NCBI RefSeq assembly: GCF_963921235.1
Contig: NC_086097.1
Location: 88,042,001 to 88,106,000 of the forward strand
Direction: 5' to 3'
From: Mobula hypostoma
Taxonomy: Eukaryota
Length of the DNA stretch: 64,000 nucleotides
Positions 25,759-40,330 of the stretch are shown one piece after another (within the stretch, counting starts at the first letter, position 1; each line of letters starts with the position of its first letter). The notes under the pieces were generated by a model. The model did not search any database and was not told where the DNA came from. It saw only the letters and a program-made list of their open reading frames with translations. The translations under genes were made by a program, and so were the position numbers.

Positions 25759-25865
25759 TCAATGGATTCCCAATGTTACCCCTGGTCTCCGGGCTGATAC
25801 TAATCTCTTAGTTAACCTAATTGAAAACATTATCAAATGATTACTTTCCTATGTATGGGAACAGG

Positions 25866-25920
25866 TTCTACTCAACTACTACGACATCGACTCAGGCCTA
25901 GGGGGCCAGTGTTGGGCATA
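25866..25920 (-). mobile_element. Short 3'-end fragment, probably of an RTE-type LINE
   Basis: CTACTAC-type tail followed by GACTCAGGCCTAGGGGGCC; family assignment is from memory only. Confidence 0.35.
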
Positions 25921-26559
25921 AGGCATAAGGCAAGTTCTACCCAAACTGGATGTAATTTCCACGATGACTGCACTTCAGTAGAATTTCCTTAACTATAAAG
26001 TGACTTGGGGTATCCTGAGAAGGATATGAATGGCATTATAGAAATACAAAGCCTTCCATGGAGATGGTGAATGTTGAAGACAAACTGACAGGAAGTTGTC
26101 CTTGTGAAGTCAGAATTGAAGTCGATAATATAGAATTAGAAAGATGATCTATTAAAGCATATAATGCTGTTATCATGATATCCTTGTCAATCAGAGATGT
26201 TTTTACTTCCTGACATAATTGAATAAAATTCTCGGGACTTTGCAGAGTATGTGCACAGAGACTGAAGAGACAGAATAGGAAGCCGAAATCGCTCTCTTCT
26301 TTTTGCAGGAGTATTTTGAAGGCAATAACAAGCTCATTTCTCTTAGCTGGTTATGCATAATCATTATTAACGTGCTTCTTGCTGGTGGGAGGGTAAGTAA
26401 AAGTATCTGTGTGATGTTAACATTGCTGGAAATTTACATTCACATAAATGTTAAAACAAACGTCATTCTATCCCCAGAGATTTTGGTTGGTTTTATACTC
26501 AGTGCATTTGCTCCAGTGTATGCCAAGTCCTTTTATGATTGTTTTTATTATGTGTCATA

Positions 26560-26890
26560 TCGTTACAGCAGGAAAACAGGACCTTCAGCTCAATACATCT
26601 GGGCTGACCATCAAACATTCATTTGCACCAGTTTTACCATCCATTTTATACTTCCCATATTCTCATCAATACTTTTCATGTTCAACCACCCATGTGCATA
26701 CTAGGGCAACGTACATTTGCCATCTAACTAATCAGATGGTATGCTCTTGGGATGGGGTGGAAAACAGAACAGCTGATGGTAACCCACAGAGCCGTAGTGA
26801 TAACGTGAACTCCACACAGTCGTTAGGATGGAACTAGATCATTGGAGCTGTGACTCTTGCTCTCTTCTAGAAGTGCTACAGTGCCCCCAA
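26560..26890 (-). mobile_element. Degenerate V-SINE
   Basis: CR1-like tail (ACAGCAGGAAAACAGGACCTTCAGCTC) and V-domain-like GTGAACTCCACACAG. Confidence 0.45.
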
Positions 26891-27767
26891 TTCAAAGAGA
26901 GAGACAATGGTGCCAGGGAATGAAAACCCAAGACTGATACCCTGCAGGGTAGACCATTTGCCCCATTAAAGCTTTCTTGTAGAGGCTATTTAATTAATCA
27001 CATTCCTTGTGCTTTCCCAAAGGTCCTGCAACTTTTTGATATTGCCCATTACTCTTATGAAAATTATTATCAGTTCTGTCTTCTATCCCCATTCCTGGCA
27101 GTTCATTCCAGATCATGATAACACACTAAGGGTAGATATCAACTACAAATTATGTCCACCTCCTAAATTGCAACACTTGCCAAATGCAGAAAAGAGGGAA
27201 GACTGGGCTTCAAGCTCATTACCTATTAATAATCCTCACCCTTCTGTACTTTGGATTTGTCAGCAATTTATAGTATTAGTGAATTGCCACTGACATTGCC
27301 TTTGTAAGACCATTGAGCAGCATGGCTGACATAGAGTTAATAACTTTTCTTTGGCTAAGTCGACAGCCTCAAGGATTTGTTAGCTTTGCTGGGTTGGCTA
27401 CATTATCTACACGCTTGACACCAGGCTCCCAAAATAACCACTCTATTCTGAGCTCCGTCAGGGTAAACAGTTTCGAGGAGGACAGAGTAAACTCTTGATG
27501 GGAAACCTCAAAACCTCTTGAAAAGTACGTTACTTTCTCACCGTCTCCCTATATTCCCCAGCCCAAGAGAATCTGAGTAGAAGAAAATCTACTGACCACT
27601 TTAAATCTCTCTGGCGGGAGTAAATGTAGAAAGTAGGAGGGCTGACAACAGTTTATACACTCATCTAACTGTCCCATCGAGTTCCTGTGCCCCAACAAAT
27701 TAAATCTGCAGGGCCCACATTAGATTCATCAAACACATCAGAATAAAAGCAGGGAAGTAGCTCATTA

Positions 27768-28061
27768 CACAAAATGCTGGAGGAACACAGCAGGCCAGGC
27801 AGCATTCAGGGAAATGAATAAACAGTCAATATTTTGGGCCAAGATCCTTCATCAGGACTGGAAAGAAAGAGGAGAAGTCAGGGTAAGAAGACCCTTACTC
27901 TGCTTACTGTGACTTCTCCTCTTCCTTTCTAGTCCTGACGAAGAGTCTTGGCCTGAAACATTGATGGTTTATTCTTTTCCATAAGTGCTGCCTGACCTGC
28001 TAAGTTGCTCCAGTGTGTTGCTTTAGATTTCCAGCATCAGCAGATTTTCTCATGTTTGTGA
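27768..28061. mobile_element. Penelope-like element, inverted terminal-repeat pair
   Basis: Inverted arms; TSD AAGTA(G/A)CTCATTA at 27755-27767 and 28062-28074. Confidence 0.85.
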
Positions 28062-28204
28062 AAGTAACTCATTAGCTTTTCAAAATCTCACTTCATATCA
28101 GGTTCTATTGCGAAACACTTTAACTATGTATCCTCAGGTTACTGATCATTCTGCCACTGAAAATGATTTGTGCTAAACTGCTCCGCCAAAATAGAGACCC
28201 ATAT

Positions 28205-29050
28205 TAAAATCAGGTTTATCATCATTCATATATGTCATGAAATTTGTTTTTTTTTTGCAGCAGTACAGCACAATACATAAAATTACTACAGAACTGTGCA
28301 AAAGTCTTAGGCATCCTAGCTATATATACTATATATATGTCTAAGACTTTTGCACAGCACTGTAGGTGCAATAAAAAACTGGCATATAGCATCACAAAAG
28401 TAGCTTTCACAAGAAAAACATAAATTAAAAATAAAATATACACAATTTTTTCAATAAAGCACAATTGCAAGAAAAGAAAGTACATTTTAGTAGAAAGTGG
28501 TCAAAGTGTTCATGGTGTTGCTAAACTGTAATGATCAGGGTTTTGCTAGTTGCTCAGGAACCAAATTGTTGTCGGGAAGTAGTTGTTTTTAAATCTGGTG
28601 ATGTGGGACTTCAGGCTTCTGTACCTCCTGCCTGATGGTAGCTGCAAAAAGATGGCATGGCCTGGATGGTGGGGATCTTTGGTGATGAATGTTGCCTTCT
28701 TGAGGTCGATGGAGGGGAGGAATGTGTGTGTTGCATTGGGCTGAGTTGTCACTCTCTGATGCTTCTTATGCTCCTACACATTTGAATTGCCATACCAGTC
28801 CACGATGCAACCAGTCATGTACTTTTAGCTGCACATCAGTAGAAGTTTGTCAGAGTTCTCAATGTTAAGCTGATCCTTCTTGACCTCCTAATAAAGTAAA
28901 GACACTGGCACCTTCCCTGTGATTGCATCTATGCATTGGGCTCAGGTTAGGTAATCTGATATGGATTTACACCTATCCCTCAATATGCACCTTCCATCCC
29001 ATTCCCGAAATGAACAATCAGCTCTTTAGTGTTGCTGATGTTGAGTAAAA
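28205..29050 (-). mobile_element. Rex1/Babar LINE 3' fragment
   Basis: ORF 28546..28752 KDPHHPGHAIFLQLPSGRRYRSL..TRFKNNYFP. Confidence 0.8.
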
Positions 29051-29324
29051 AATTGGGTTGAGTTCTTGTTATATCTCCCTTTTATCTTCTGTGCTGTCAG
29101 AGTATAAATTGCGACATCACGCTCTGTAATTGGAGAACTTCATTCCTGGCATTATTCCTGTAAAGCTCTTCTGTATTTGAATAAGGCCTTGACATCCTTG
29201 CCTGAAAGCATGGAGTCCAGAAAAAGTTATTTTGCTTTGGCTGGAGCATAGCTTCTTATCACAAAGATTCAGAAAACATATTTGCTTTCGTATTCCATGC
29301 TCTGGTTTATAAAGCGAAGGATTC

Positions 29325-30950
29325 TCAGAATCAGGTTTAATATCACTGGAATATGTTGTGAGATTTGTTAACTTAACAGCAGCAGTACAATGCAATACAT
29401 GATAATGTAGAAAGATAAATAAATAAATAAACCACAGTCAGTATATATTTGCATATTAAATAGTTAAATTAAAAATAGTGCAAAAACAGAAATAATAAAA
29501 GTGAGGCACTGTGCAAGGATTCAATCTCCATTTAGGAATTGGATGGCAGAGGGGAAGAAGCTGTTCCTGTATCGCTGAGTGCGTGCCTTCAGGCTTCTGT
29601 GCCTCCTCCCTGATGCTAACAATAAGAAGAGAGCATGTCCTGGGTGATGGGGGTTCTTAATGATGGACACCGTCTTTCTGAGACTCCAGTCCTTGAAGAT
29701 GTCTTGGATACTATGGAGGTTGGTACCCAGGATGGAGCTGACTAATTTTACAACTTTATGTATCTTCTTACGATCCTGTACCCTAGCCCCCCCTTCCCGC
29801 CCCCCCCCACCCCCCACAGCCATACCAGACAGTAATGCAGCCTGTCAGAATGCTCTCCATGGTACATCTGTAGAAGTTTTCAAGTGTCTTAGGTGACAAA
29901 CGAAACCCCCACAAACTCCTAATGAAATATAACCGCTGTCTTGCTGCCTTTATGGCTCCATCAATATGTTGGCCAACACACATAAAATGCTGGAGGAACT
30001 CTGCAGGCCAGGCAGCATCTAGGAAAAGAGTACAGTCGACGTTTTGCCCTTCAGCAGTGCCTGAAACATCTACTGTACTCTTTTCCTAGATGCTGCCTGG
30101 CCTGTTGAGTTCCTCCAGCATTTTGTATGTTGCTCGGATTTCCAGCATCTGCAGATTTTCTCTTCTTTGTCTTTGACACTGAGGAACTTGAAATTGCTCA
30201 CTCCCTCCACTTCTGATCCCTCTATGAGGATTGGTTTGTGATCCCTTGTCCTACCCTTTCTGAAGTCCGTAATCAGCTCTTTGGTCTTACTGATGTTGAG
30301 TGCAAGATTGTTGCCGCGATACCTCTCAACTAGCTGGTATCCCTCACACCCGTACGCGCTCTCATCTCCATCTGAGATTCTGCCAACAATGCTTGTATCA
30401 TTAGCAAATTTATAGATGCCATTTGAGCAATGCCTAGCCACACAATCATGGGGGTAGACAGAGTAAAGCAATTGACTAAGCATACATCCCTGAGGTGGAA
30501 TTATTAATGCCACTCTGCACAGATTGGGGTCTTGCGGTTAGGAAGTTGAGGATAAGATTGCAGAGGGAGGGACAGAGACCTAGGTTCCATAGTTTATTGA
30601 TGAGGACTATAGGACTGATGGTGTTAAACGCTGAGCTGTAGACAGCAACCAGCATCCTGACATAGGTGTTTGCATTGTCCAGGTGGTCTAAGGCCATGTG
30701 AAGAGCCACTGAGATTGCGTCTGCCACAGACCTATTGTGGTGATAGGCAAATTGCAGTGGGTCCAGGTCCTTGCTGAGGCAGGAGACAATTCTGGCCATG
30801 ATTAATCTTTCAAAGCCGTAGATGTGATTGCTACTAGATGATAGTCATTAAGCATAAAGGCAGCTCACACTGCTCTTCTTGGGCACTGGTATAACTGCTG
30901 CCCTTTTGAAGCAGGTGGGAACTTTTGTCCGTAGCAATGAGAGGTTGAAA
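29325..30950 (-). mobile_element. Rex1/Babar LINE RT fragment, with a PLE inverted pair at ~29975-30170
   Basis: [32 protein letters not shown] and HPGHALF motifs in ORFs 29521-30799. Confidence 0.85.
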
Positions 30951-31006
30951 ATAGTTCTGCAGCTTAATCTTCTTCCCAGCTGTTCCTCAGATCTTTAATA
31001 ATTTAT

Positions 31007-31183
31007 GCAGGGAAACAAACAATCAATACATCAGGCTGAGATCCTTCATCATGTTCTGATGAAGAGTCTTGGCCTGAAATATTGTTTATTCCTCTCCATA
31101 GATGCTGCCTGACCTACTGAGTTCCTCCAGCATTTTGTATATGTTGTTCCAGATTTCCAGCATCTGCAGAATCTCTTGAGTTT
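31007..31183. mobile_element. Penelope-like element, short inverted pair
   Basis: CCTTCATCA / CTGATGAAG arms; perfect 16-bp TSD ATCTTTAATAATTTAT at 30991-31006 and 31184-31199. Confidence 0.85.
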
Positions 31184-31244
31184 ATCTTTAATAATTTATC
31201 TTTTAGTATATACTGCCCATATTCACTCTTCGTACCAACACATC

Positions 31245-31500
31245 TAGATTTGATTCCTGCCACTGTTTGTATGAAGTTTGCACATTCTCCCCGTGACCAT
31301 GAGAGCTTCTTCCAGGGTGCTCCGGTTTCCCCTTACGGACGTACAGGTTAGGCTTGGTGAGTTGTGGGCATGCTATGTTGCTGCCAGAAATATGGTGATA
31401 CTTGTGGGCTGCCCAACACCAACCTTGCTGATTTGATTTGATGGAAAGCAATGCATTTCATGTATGTTTTGATGAACATGTGACAAACAAAGCTAATCTC
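31245..31500 (+). mobile_element. V-SINE
   Basis: V-domain AAGTTTGCACATTCTCCCCGTG...GGGTGCTCCGGTTTCC. Confidence 0.7.
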
Positions 31501-32227
31501 ACTTTTTGGTACATCTGCATGTTTTAGCAGTCTGTCCATCTGCCCTCAAGCTCACCTGTATCCCTTTTACTCTTTACTATATTTCTGATTTCCATGGCAT
31601 CTATAAACTTTGGAATAACATTAAATATTGTATGCTAACTTTGGTAGGCAATAGTCCTGAAATCATTTCAAGATAGGAACTTGGCTATTCCTACTGAACC
31701 AAAAAAAAAAGAACCCTACACCCTCCCTTCTGTCACCAGCCAATTCCATGTTCACAATGCCATTGTCTTATTAATTGCATGGGGTGGTGTCTGCTATTAT
31801 CTGTTCTGCAGTTCATCATTGAATTCTGTTTTAATGAGCTGGTTCTAAACATTTTTTCAGCAGCTGAGTGGGAGCCGAGTAAGTGAAGTACAGTGTTCAT
31901 ATTTTAATATCCAGCTTCAAATGTAAATGCAAGTACTTACTCCTTCGCAGACAGGGTGCCAAAGTAGGGAAGGCAATGGTGAAATTACTAACCCTAGGGC
32001 ACTGTTGACTATTCCCTGTGAATATGCTGCACTCCCTTGGGAACTAGATATATTATTTTAGATGTCTGAGAGAAAGCAATATATCTGGGATTTAATCAGG
32101 GTGCTTTAAATTGTGTTGCAAGCCACAAGAGTAATTCTGAAATTGTTTTTGCTTGCAATATGAAACTCAATATTAAATTATAATTTTATGCACCTGATCA
32201 CTTACTGTAATAGATAAAAACTATAAC

Positions 32228-32940
32228 AGTAAAACAAAGGGATCTGGGAATACAGATCCATAGTTCTTTGTCAGTGGCATCACAGGTAGATAGGGCCATA
32301 AAGAAAGCTTTTGGCACGTTGGCCTTCATAGATCAAAATTTTGAGGACTGGGGTAAGGATGTTATGCTGAAGTTGTATAAGACATCGGCGAGGCCTAATT
32401 TAGAATATTGTGTGCGGTTTTGGTCACCTACCTACAGGAAAGGTATAAGTAAGGTTGAAAGAGTACAGATAAAATTTACAAGGATGTTGCTGGGGCTGGA
32501 GAACATGAGTTATAAGGAAAGACTGAATAGGTTAGAACTTGATTCCCTGTAGCATAGAAGGCTGAGGGGAGATTTGATAGATGTACACAAAACTATGAGG
32601 GGTATGGATAGAATAAATACAAGCAGGCTTTTTCCACTGAGGTTAAGTGTAGCTACAATTAGAGGTCATGGGATAAGGGTGAAAGGTGAACTGTTTTAGG
32701 GAACATGAGGGGAAACTTCACTCAGAGGGTTGTGAGCATGTGGGATGAGTTGCCAGCACAAATGGTGGATGGAATTTCAAGTCCAACTCTTAAGAGAGGT
32801 TTGGCTCGATCTATGGATGGGAGGTGTATGGAGGTCTATGGTCCAGATGTAGGTCGATGGTATTAGGTATTTTAAATGGTTTGGTATGGACTAAATGGGC
32901 CAAGGGGCCCATTTCTGTTCTGTAGTTTTCTATGACTCTT
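32228..32940 (+). mobile_element. CR1 LINE 3' fragment
   Basis: ORF 32268..32552 LYKTSARPNLEYCVRFWSP..ERVQIKFTRML; ends in TTCTATGACTC. Confidence 0.85.
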
Positions 32941-33584
32941 TTATATAATGTTATTCACTGTAGCTTGTTATACCTTCCTTACCACTTGCCCAAAACACAC
33001 TACCTATTTTCATCCTTTCCATTTCTCTATATTCTCAGAGATTCACTCTTGCTTACCATCCCATTCAACTTTTTGCCTTAGTTTAGCAAATAGCCGATAG
33101 GCATCAATAGTTCCTGTACAAGTGGAACCAGTGACTAGCTCTTAGAGACGCTGAACCAGAGAACGTGAGAGACTGCACCATGGTGAGTACAAGGGGAATG
33201 TGGCAAACATCACTTGGTGGGCCAAACATTGAAATATCAGGATTTCTAAATAATCAAATAGCAGGTTATTGTAGTTTTACTGTACTGAAATGTATTGAAG
33301 CGCTCCAGATGTTTTTTAATCATTGTGGATCAGTATTAAGGATGTTTTTATGCAGATTAGCATAGTAAGTTAAAAGGTAAGATGCAATGTCCCTGTAATG
33401 CTTCATCAAGTAAGTTTTTCATTGTACCTGTGCATACGTCTGTTTGTGCAAATGACAATAAAGTCAACTTTCGACTTTTTTTTTGACTCTTGGAATTCAG
33501 CGAGACAACAATCACAAAAGGAGCCTTTCTGCACAGGAGCGAAGGTCACCCCAATATCTGAACATTACCTGTAGTACTGAAATA

Positions 33585-35240
33585 CATTCTGGTTAATTGG
33601 GGCAGCCAGTCATTTAGGAAAAATCTTAAAGAACTAAAACTAATTGAGAAAACAGCTGAGATTCCCTTTGCTTATTTGTAACCCTATACCACTTAATTGG
33701 AACAGAAGACTGTTACTAGGTTTCCAACTAACGTCAGTTGCATGCACTACACCGTGCTGAGAGCAAACAGTTTTGAAATATCGTCAGTTGCATGTGTTGT
33801 GTTCAAAAAGCCGTGATTTTTGTCATTGATAGTTGGTGAGAAATAATCAGTAAGGCAATTCAGAACTATTTTGCTCACTGTGACTTCAGGCATTCAGACT
33901 TGAAGATACCAGAAAAAGCCAGAAGTGAAAATGAAACTATTTACTTCAACAAGTTATGAACTATGAAAAATTTGAAGGTATTAACAATTATCTTGAATGT
34001 TGCAATGAAAATGAAGGTTTGGAGGTTGCATTCATCTAAAGCATCGTATGAAGGCAGTCCAATATCTGCACCAAGTGTCTGCGCTGATTTTGTTCATTTA
34101 CAGTCAATCAAAAGAACATGGCAATGTACACTGGATGAATTCCTCCATTGATAACTATTAAGAACTAATACACAGTTTTGTTGTAGAACAACAACTGCTC
34201 ACTCAATGCCAGCATGGCCAAGGATCCGATTATTGACTTCAGGAGGAAATTAGAGGTCCATGAGCCAGTCCTCATCAGGGGATCAGAAGTGGAGAGGGTC
34301 AGCAACTTCAAATTCCTCGGTGTTATCATTTCAGAGGATCTGTCCAGAGCCCAGCACATGAGTGCAATTACAAAGAAAGCACCTCTACTTCCTTAGAAGT
34401 ATGCGAAGAATCGGCATGACATCTAAAACTTTGACAAACTTATATATACACTTAGTGAGAGTATATTGTCTGGTTGTATCACTGATATGGAAACACCAAT
34501 GCCCTTGAACAGAAAAGCTGACAAAAAGTAATGTGAGTGGCCCAGTATATCACAGGTAAAGCCCTCCACACCATTAAGCACATCTGTACAGAGTGCTGTC
34601 GTGTGAAAGCAGCATCCATCAAGGGCCTCCTCCATCCAGGTCATGCTCTCTTCACACTGCTACCATCAGGAAGAAGGTACAGGAGCCTCAGAACTCACAC
34701 CACCAGATTCAGGAACAATTACTACCCCTGAACCATCAGGCTCTTGAAACAAAGGGGAAAACTTCACTCACACCAACTCTGAGATATTCCGACAACCTAT
34801 GGACTCACTGTCAAGGACCCTTTATCTCATGTTCTGTATAGTTATTGCATATGTATATACTTCTCTTTTGTATTTGCAGTTTCTTGTCTTTTGCAAATTG
34901 GTTGTTTATCCATCCTGTTGGGTGTGGTCTTTCACTGATTATTTTGTGTTTATTGGAATTACTGCATATATCCACAAGAAAACAAATCTCTGGGTTGTAT
35001 ATGGTGACATATATGAACTTTGATACTAAATTTACTTGGAATCTTTTAGTAGAAGTGCTAGTGTTCTAATTTGTTCTGTACTTTATTTAAATACATAATT
35101 TGTTACTCAGTTAAATTGTTTGTAGCTTGTCTCTTTTATACCCTTTTAACTATTTCCATGAAATTTCAGTTAAATGGAGTCGCACTGAATTGGGCCAAAA
35201 TGTATGGTCACGATGTGTCCCAATTAACCGGAATCCACTG
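33585..35240. mobile_element. Pogo/Tigger-like non-autonomous DNA transposon, split by a Rex1 insertion
   Basis: Right end CCCAATTAACCGGAATCCACTG followed by TA (35241-35242) is the inverse of the degenerate left end ATTCTGGTTAATTGGG at ~33586. Confidence 0.55.
34175..35045 (+). mobile_element. Rex1/Babar LINE 3' fragment
   Basis: IIDFRRK..VERVSNFKFLGVIISEDL; HPGHALFTLLPSGRRYRS..TTRFRNNYYP. Confidence 0.85.
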
Positions 35241-36059
35241 TATCACAGAATTTGCTTCATGTTGGACTAGATCAATGACGTTGCTTGGAACAGCATTTCA
35301 TCAACCATATAGTTTATTTGTTCTTTTTGGACTAAGGAGCTGAAAAAGTGTTCACTATTCCACGCTTCTTTTCATCACACACTGCATTTCACACCCCTGT
35401 GAGTGAGTCTGTGAGCCTAGGTCAGGAGGTGATTTACTTATAAAGGAATTCTTTTATCAATTTGGGTTCTGCCTGTGTGACCCTCCAATATGAATAAACT
35501 TGGGAGATGAGAGAAGAGGCCCCGTGCAGCTTACAAGCATTTGCTGGTTTTACAGTTGTGTTATCTCATGAGATATCTTGTAATGAGCTAATTCATCAGG
35601 GTGAGGGAAGTTACTTCCTTTGGCTAAGTTCAATGTTCCAATGGTTGTTGAGTAAGTGATTCTCACTGTGAAGTGGGAATTTCTGTCGGAAGTGATTTAG
35701 ATGTTATTGCCTACTACCATTTATGAGATTGGCACAGAAAGATGAAGAGTAGAGAGGTGAGGTGGGAGTGCAAGTGGGTGTTAAGGCTAATTTGAAATAT
35801 GCTAGGACTGAAACAAATAACCTGCTTAGCTTCAGTTTGTATCTGTAATTGCCTGAATATTTACATCTTGCAACAGTTGATGCTGTAAGAAGATTTGGAA
35901 ATAGTGTGCATTAACATGCTGAACATTTGTTTAGCTTCTCAATACAGCAGGAACAAGGAAACTAGTTGATGAAAGTTATTTGTCAGCACCATTATAGCTG
36001 GTAAGATTTAGAGATGTGGTTTCTTACATTAGATTTGTCCTTGTGAAGCTTGATGCTTT

Positions 36060-38080
36060 GTTCGAAGTTCGAAATTCAGATTAAATTTATTATCAAAGTA
36101 TGTTCATGTCAGCATACATTACCCTGGGATTAATTTTCCTGCAGGCATTCAGAGTATAATAAAGATACCATAAAATTAATGAACAACTACAAAGGCTGAC
36201 AAACAACCAATGTGCAAAAGAAGCCCAACTGTGCGAATAGATAAATAATACTGAGAACATGAGTTGTAGACTTTTGAAAGTGAGTCCATAGGTTGTTGAA
36301 ATAGGTCAATGTTGAGTTGAGTGAACTTATCCACACTGGTTCAGTAGCCACATGGTTAAAGGGTAATAACTGTTCCTGAACCTGGTCGTATGAGACTTGA
36401 AGCTTCTGTACCTGCTTCCTCATGGCAGCAGCAAGAAGAAAGCATGGTCTGGATGCAGGTCCTTGATGATGGATGCTGCTTTCCTGCTATATGCCCCTTT
36501 TATTTATTTATTTTTGGTGTGTCCTTGCATGCGTGCGAGTCTGTGCATGTGCATGTGCGTCTGCGTGTCCGTGCGTGCGTCCATGATGATGTCTTTTTCA
36601 TGGCTTTTACAAGGCGCGGAGTGAGAGAGAGAGACCGTGTGCACGCCATTCCTCACACAGACATTTTCACAGTATTTTCCCTTTATTATATGAGGTCGAG
36701 TTGCGATCTCGACACTTAACCCGGCACGGATGGAAAGCGTACTCGGGAGCAGACCCGACTAGTTTCGAACCTGGGAACCTCCGCTCCCAGGTCCGGCACC
36801 AAAGTCGTTGAGCCACCAGCCAGCCTGCAATATGCTCCTTTTAGATGCGATCAATGGATGGGAGGGCTTTGAATGGACCAGGCTATATCCATTAATTTTT
36901 GTAGGCTTTTCCATTCAATGGCGTTGCTGTTTCTATACCACGCCTTGATACAACGTAAAACAAGTTTTATTTATGTCTCACTGCATTTGTTATCAGACAT
37001 GAACTAAACAGGCCACACCTGTAAAGAAAGTGGCATATTTTTCCAACCAAGTCTGAATTTAAAAAGTGTCAAAACCTTCCCCAGCACAACTTGTACTTAC
37101 GTTTTACATTATATAATCGCTGAAATAAGTACTTGTTCCACACAATATAATCCAACTTAACACTCTTAACATATCTATAGAAGTTTGTCAAAGTTTTAGG
37201 TGGCATGTCAAATCTTTGAAATCTTCTAAGGAAGTAGAGATGCTGCCATGCTTTCTTTGTAATGGCAGTTGCGTGCTGAACCCAGGACAGATCTTATGAA
37301 TCAGGTTTAATATCACTGACATATGTTGTGAAATTTGTTGTGTTGCAACAGCAGTACATAATAATAAACAACCTATAAATTACAGTAAGAAGTATATATA
37401 AAAATTAAACTAAGTAATTAGTTCAAAAGGAGAGGAAAAAAAAGTGAGGTGGTGTTCATGGATTCATGGTGTCCATTCAGAAGTCTGATGGTGGAGCGAA
37501 AGAAGCTGTTCCTGAAACTTTGTGTGTGTGTGTGTGCCTTTTGACTTCTGTACCTCCTCCTTGGTGGTAGCAATGAGAAGAGGTCATGTCCTAGGTGATG
37601 GGAGTCCTTAGTGATGGATGCCGCCTTCTTGAGGCATTGCTTTTTGAAGGTGTTCTCGATGCTGGGGAAGCTGGTGCCCGTGATGGAGCTGGCTGAGCTT
37701 ACAACTTTCTGCAGCTTTTTCCAATCCTGTGCAGTGGACCCTCCATATCAGACGATGATGCAACCAGTTAGAATGCTCTTCATAGTACAGCGGTAGAAAT
37801 TTGCGAGAGTCTTTGGTGACATACCTAATTTCTTCAAACTCCTAATGAAATATAACTGCTGTCATACCTTCTTTGTACTTGCATCTTTAGAGATGCAAGA
37901 TCTTTAGAGATGTTGACACCCAGCAATTTGAACTGCCCACCCTTTCCACTGCTGACCCCTTGATGAGTACTGGTGTGTGTTCCTTCGACTTCCCCTTCCT
38001 AAAGTTCCACAGTCAATTCCTTGCTCTTACTGATGTTGAGTGTAAAGTTGGTGTTGCAACCTCTGATTTATCTCACTCTT
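36060..38080 (-). mobile_element. Two adjacent or nested Rex1/Babar 3' fragments (36060-37297 and 37298-38080)
   Basis: Same RT C-terminal and 3' UTR sequence as the other Rex1 copies (AATCAGGTTTAATATCACTGAC 3' end at ~37298). Confidence 0.75.
36502..36824 (-). mobile_element. tRNA-derived SINE with A-rich tail (copy 1)
   Basis: Box A-like TGGCTCAACGAC and box B GGTTCGAAAC on the minus strand. ~18-bp TSD (36484-36501 / 36825-36842, 2 mismatches). Homologous to 50400-50713. Confidence 0.85.
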
Positions 38081-39884
38081 GTCAGTGAAACTCTTACAAT
38101 TGGGAATGAATAAAAGATGAATATCAATTGTATCTTGGCCTTGCAGTATACCAGCATTTGCTACTGACTGATATCAATGGCAAAGCACTACATACAATAT
38201 TCTCTCTGATAAATTGTGCAGTGATACTTGCTTGATACATGAGCTGCTCTCAGAGGAGACCAAGAAAAATCCTAAGGCAGAGAGTTTGAGTGCAGTGATC
38301 ATGCTTACAGTGGCTAGAATGACATGTTGCTTAGACAAGTCGACAAGGAAGCTGGTCAGGTCAATTCCAACTGGCTTAGACAGGGTCTGAGTCTTTGGGC
38401 ACTGCTTCCTGGGCACCCAAGAAGATAGTCATGGCTCCATTCTAATCCTACAAGGGGTCAAGTTTCTGCCCTGACCTTTCTCTTACCTGGCCTGCCATGG
38501 AGAATTTTCTTCTGATTAAAGTATTATTTTGGTCCTAATTACATCCTGTGGCCGTGATCAATTTTAAATTATGCTCCCTCTGGCCTGTAGTCAGACAGTT
38601 CAAGCCAAGTGGAGATGAGGCAGCAAAAGGCTATCAACAAAGCACCATGAGGGGGATGAGGTTCATTCAATTTCAGCCCTTCTCTGCAATAATTGTGACT
38701 GAGGAGGTTATGATTTGCCTCCTCTTGACTATCAAATGCTATCAACATAAAAGTCAGCCCCAGACCAAATCAGGATAAAAAATAATATTAAAGAAAATGC
38801 TAAATGTCCAGGAGAGATTTCAAATGTAGTCTTATCTCTAGCTCCTACAATGATTAAGAACTACTTGGAATCTGCTTGCCTGGTTTGTAATTTTATCTGA
38901 ATCTGCTGAGGGTATTTCTACCATATAATGCAAACGTAGCTATCACTCACTCTTTGGATTGTAGTCTTTTATAAAAATTGGTTGTTTTAACTCACCAGAG
39001 CTATGGTTGCCCTCAGCGCTGCATGAGGCCTATGTATCTGATAATACTGTTTAATTTGTGTTTGTCAAGTATGTTATATACTAATTACACTAAGGCAGGA
39101 ATTGTCTTCCTCTTCACAGCTTGCCTGTTCTCTGATTATTCATTTAATATTTTGTTTTACATATTTATTATTCATCAATTGTATTATGCAAATATTCCTC
39201 CTTCATGTGTCTTGTATTTTCTGCAAAGTGGATTTCTCTGATTATCAAAACACTGCCCTGCAGTCCTGAGACAAGTCTCTACCAGAATTAATCTTCCATT
39301 TGACCAGCCATGATCTCTCTTCCCATCCAATGACAATCCGAAGGACATCATGATCTATAATGTTTCTCCTTATATCTTGTGCACAAAACACTTCATGTTT
39401 TAAGCACTAGGTCAGTGTGTTGGGGCTGGGGGCAAGAGAGGGGCCGAACCGCCTCTGTGCTAAACTGAGGCTGTGGCCAACACAACGAATGGGCTCCTGG
39501 ATCGGCTTCAGCGATGACTGACTTCGTGGCTGTGGACTCACATTTGTGAACTTCAGTTCTGAATGTTATTTTCTTACTTTCATTGTTTGCATGATCTGAT
39601 TATTTTTCTGCACGTTGGGGGCATGATGGTCTTTTTTAAAATGGGTTCTATTGTGTTTCTTTGTTTTATGGCTGCCTGTAAGAAGATAAATCTCAAGGTT
39701 GTATATAGTATACATAATTTGATAATAAATGTGATTTTGATACTTTGAGCCAAGCAGCTCCCACAGGACATTACAACTGCATTGACTCCACCTAATTTCA
39801 GACTTGGACCCTATCTTTTTTTAATCCTCATGGGACACAGGAATAACTGGTAGGGTCAATATTTGATGTTTGAGCATAAAAGAA

Positions 39885-40330
39885 TAAAAGAACTGCAGAT
39901 GCTGGAAATCTAAAATAAAAATAGAAAATGCTGGAAATGCCCAGCAAGCCAGGCAGCACTTGTAGGAAAAGAAACAAATAAAATTTCAGAAGAGACAAAA
40001 GAGACTGCAGATGCTGGAATCTGGGCCAACACACAAAGCTCTAGAGGAACTCTGTGGATCCAGCAGTATCTATATGGGAAAATGGACAGTCAATGTTTCA
40101 GGTTAAGACCCATGAGTCCAAATGAAGGGATTCAATGCAAAATATTGATTATATATTTCACTCTATAGGTGCTGCCTGAACTGCTGAATTCCTACAACAC
40201 TTCATGTGTTGCTAACATTTCAGGTTGAAGACTGCTCATGAAAACTATTGACCTGAAGCATTAACCTGTATCTCTCCCACATATGTGGTCTCATCTGTGG
40301 ACTACTTCCAGCATTTTTGCTTTTATTTAA
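39885..40330. mobile_element. Nested Penelope-like inverted pairs (inner ~39995-40215 inside an older outer pair)
   Basis: Two CTGCAGATGCTGGAA heads followed by two sets of inverted arms. Confidence 0.65.
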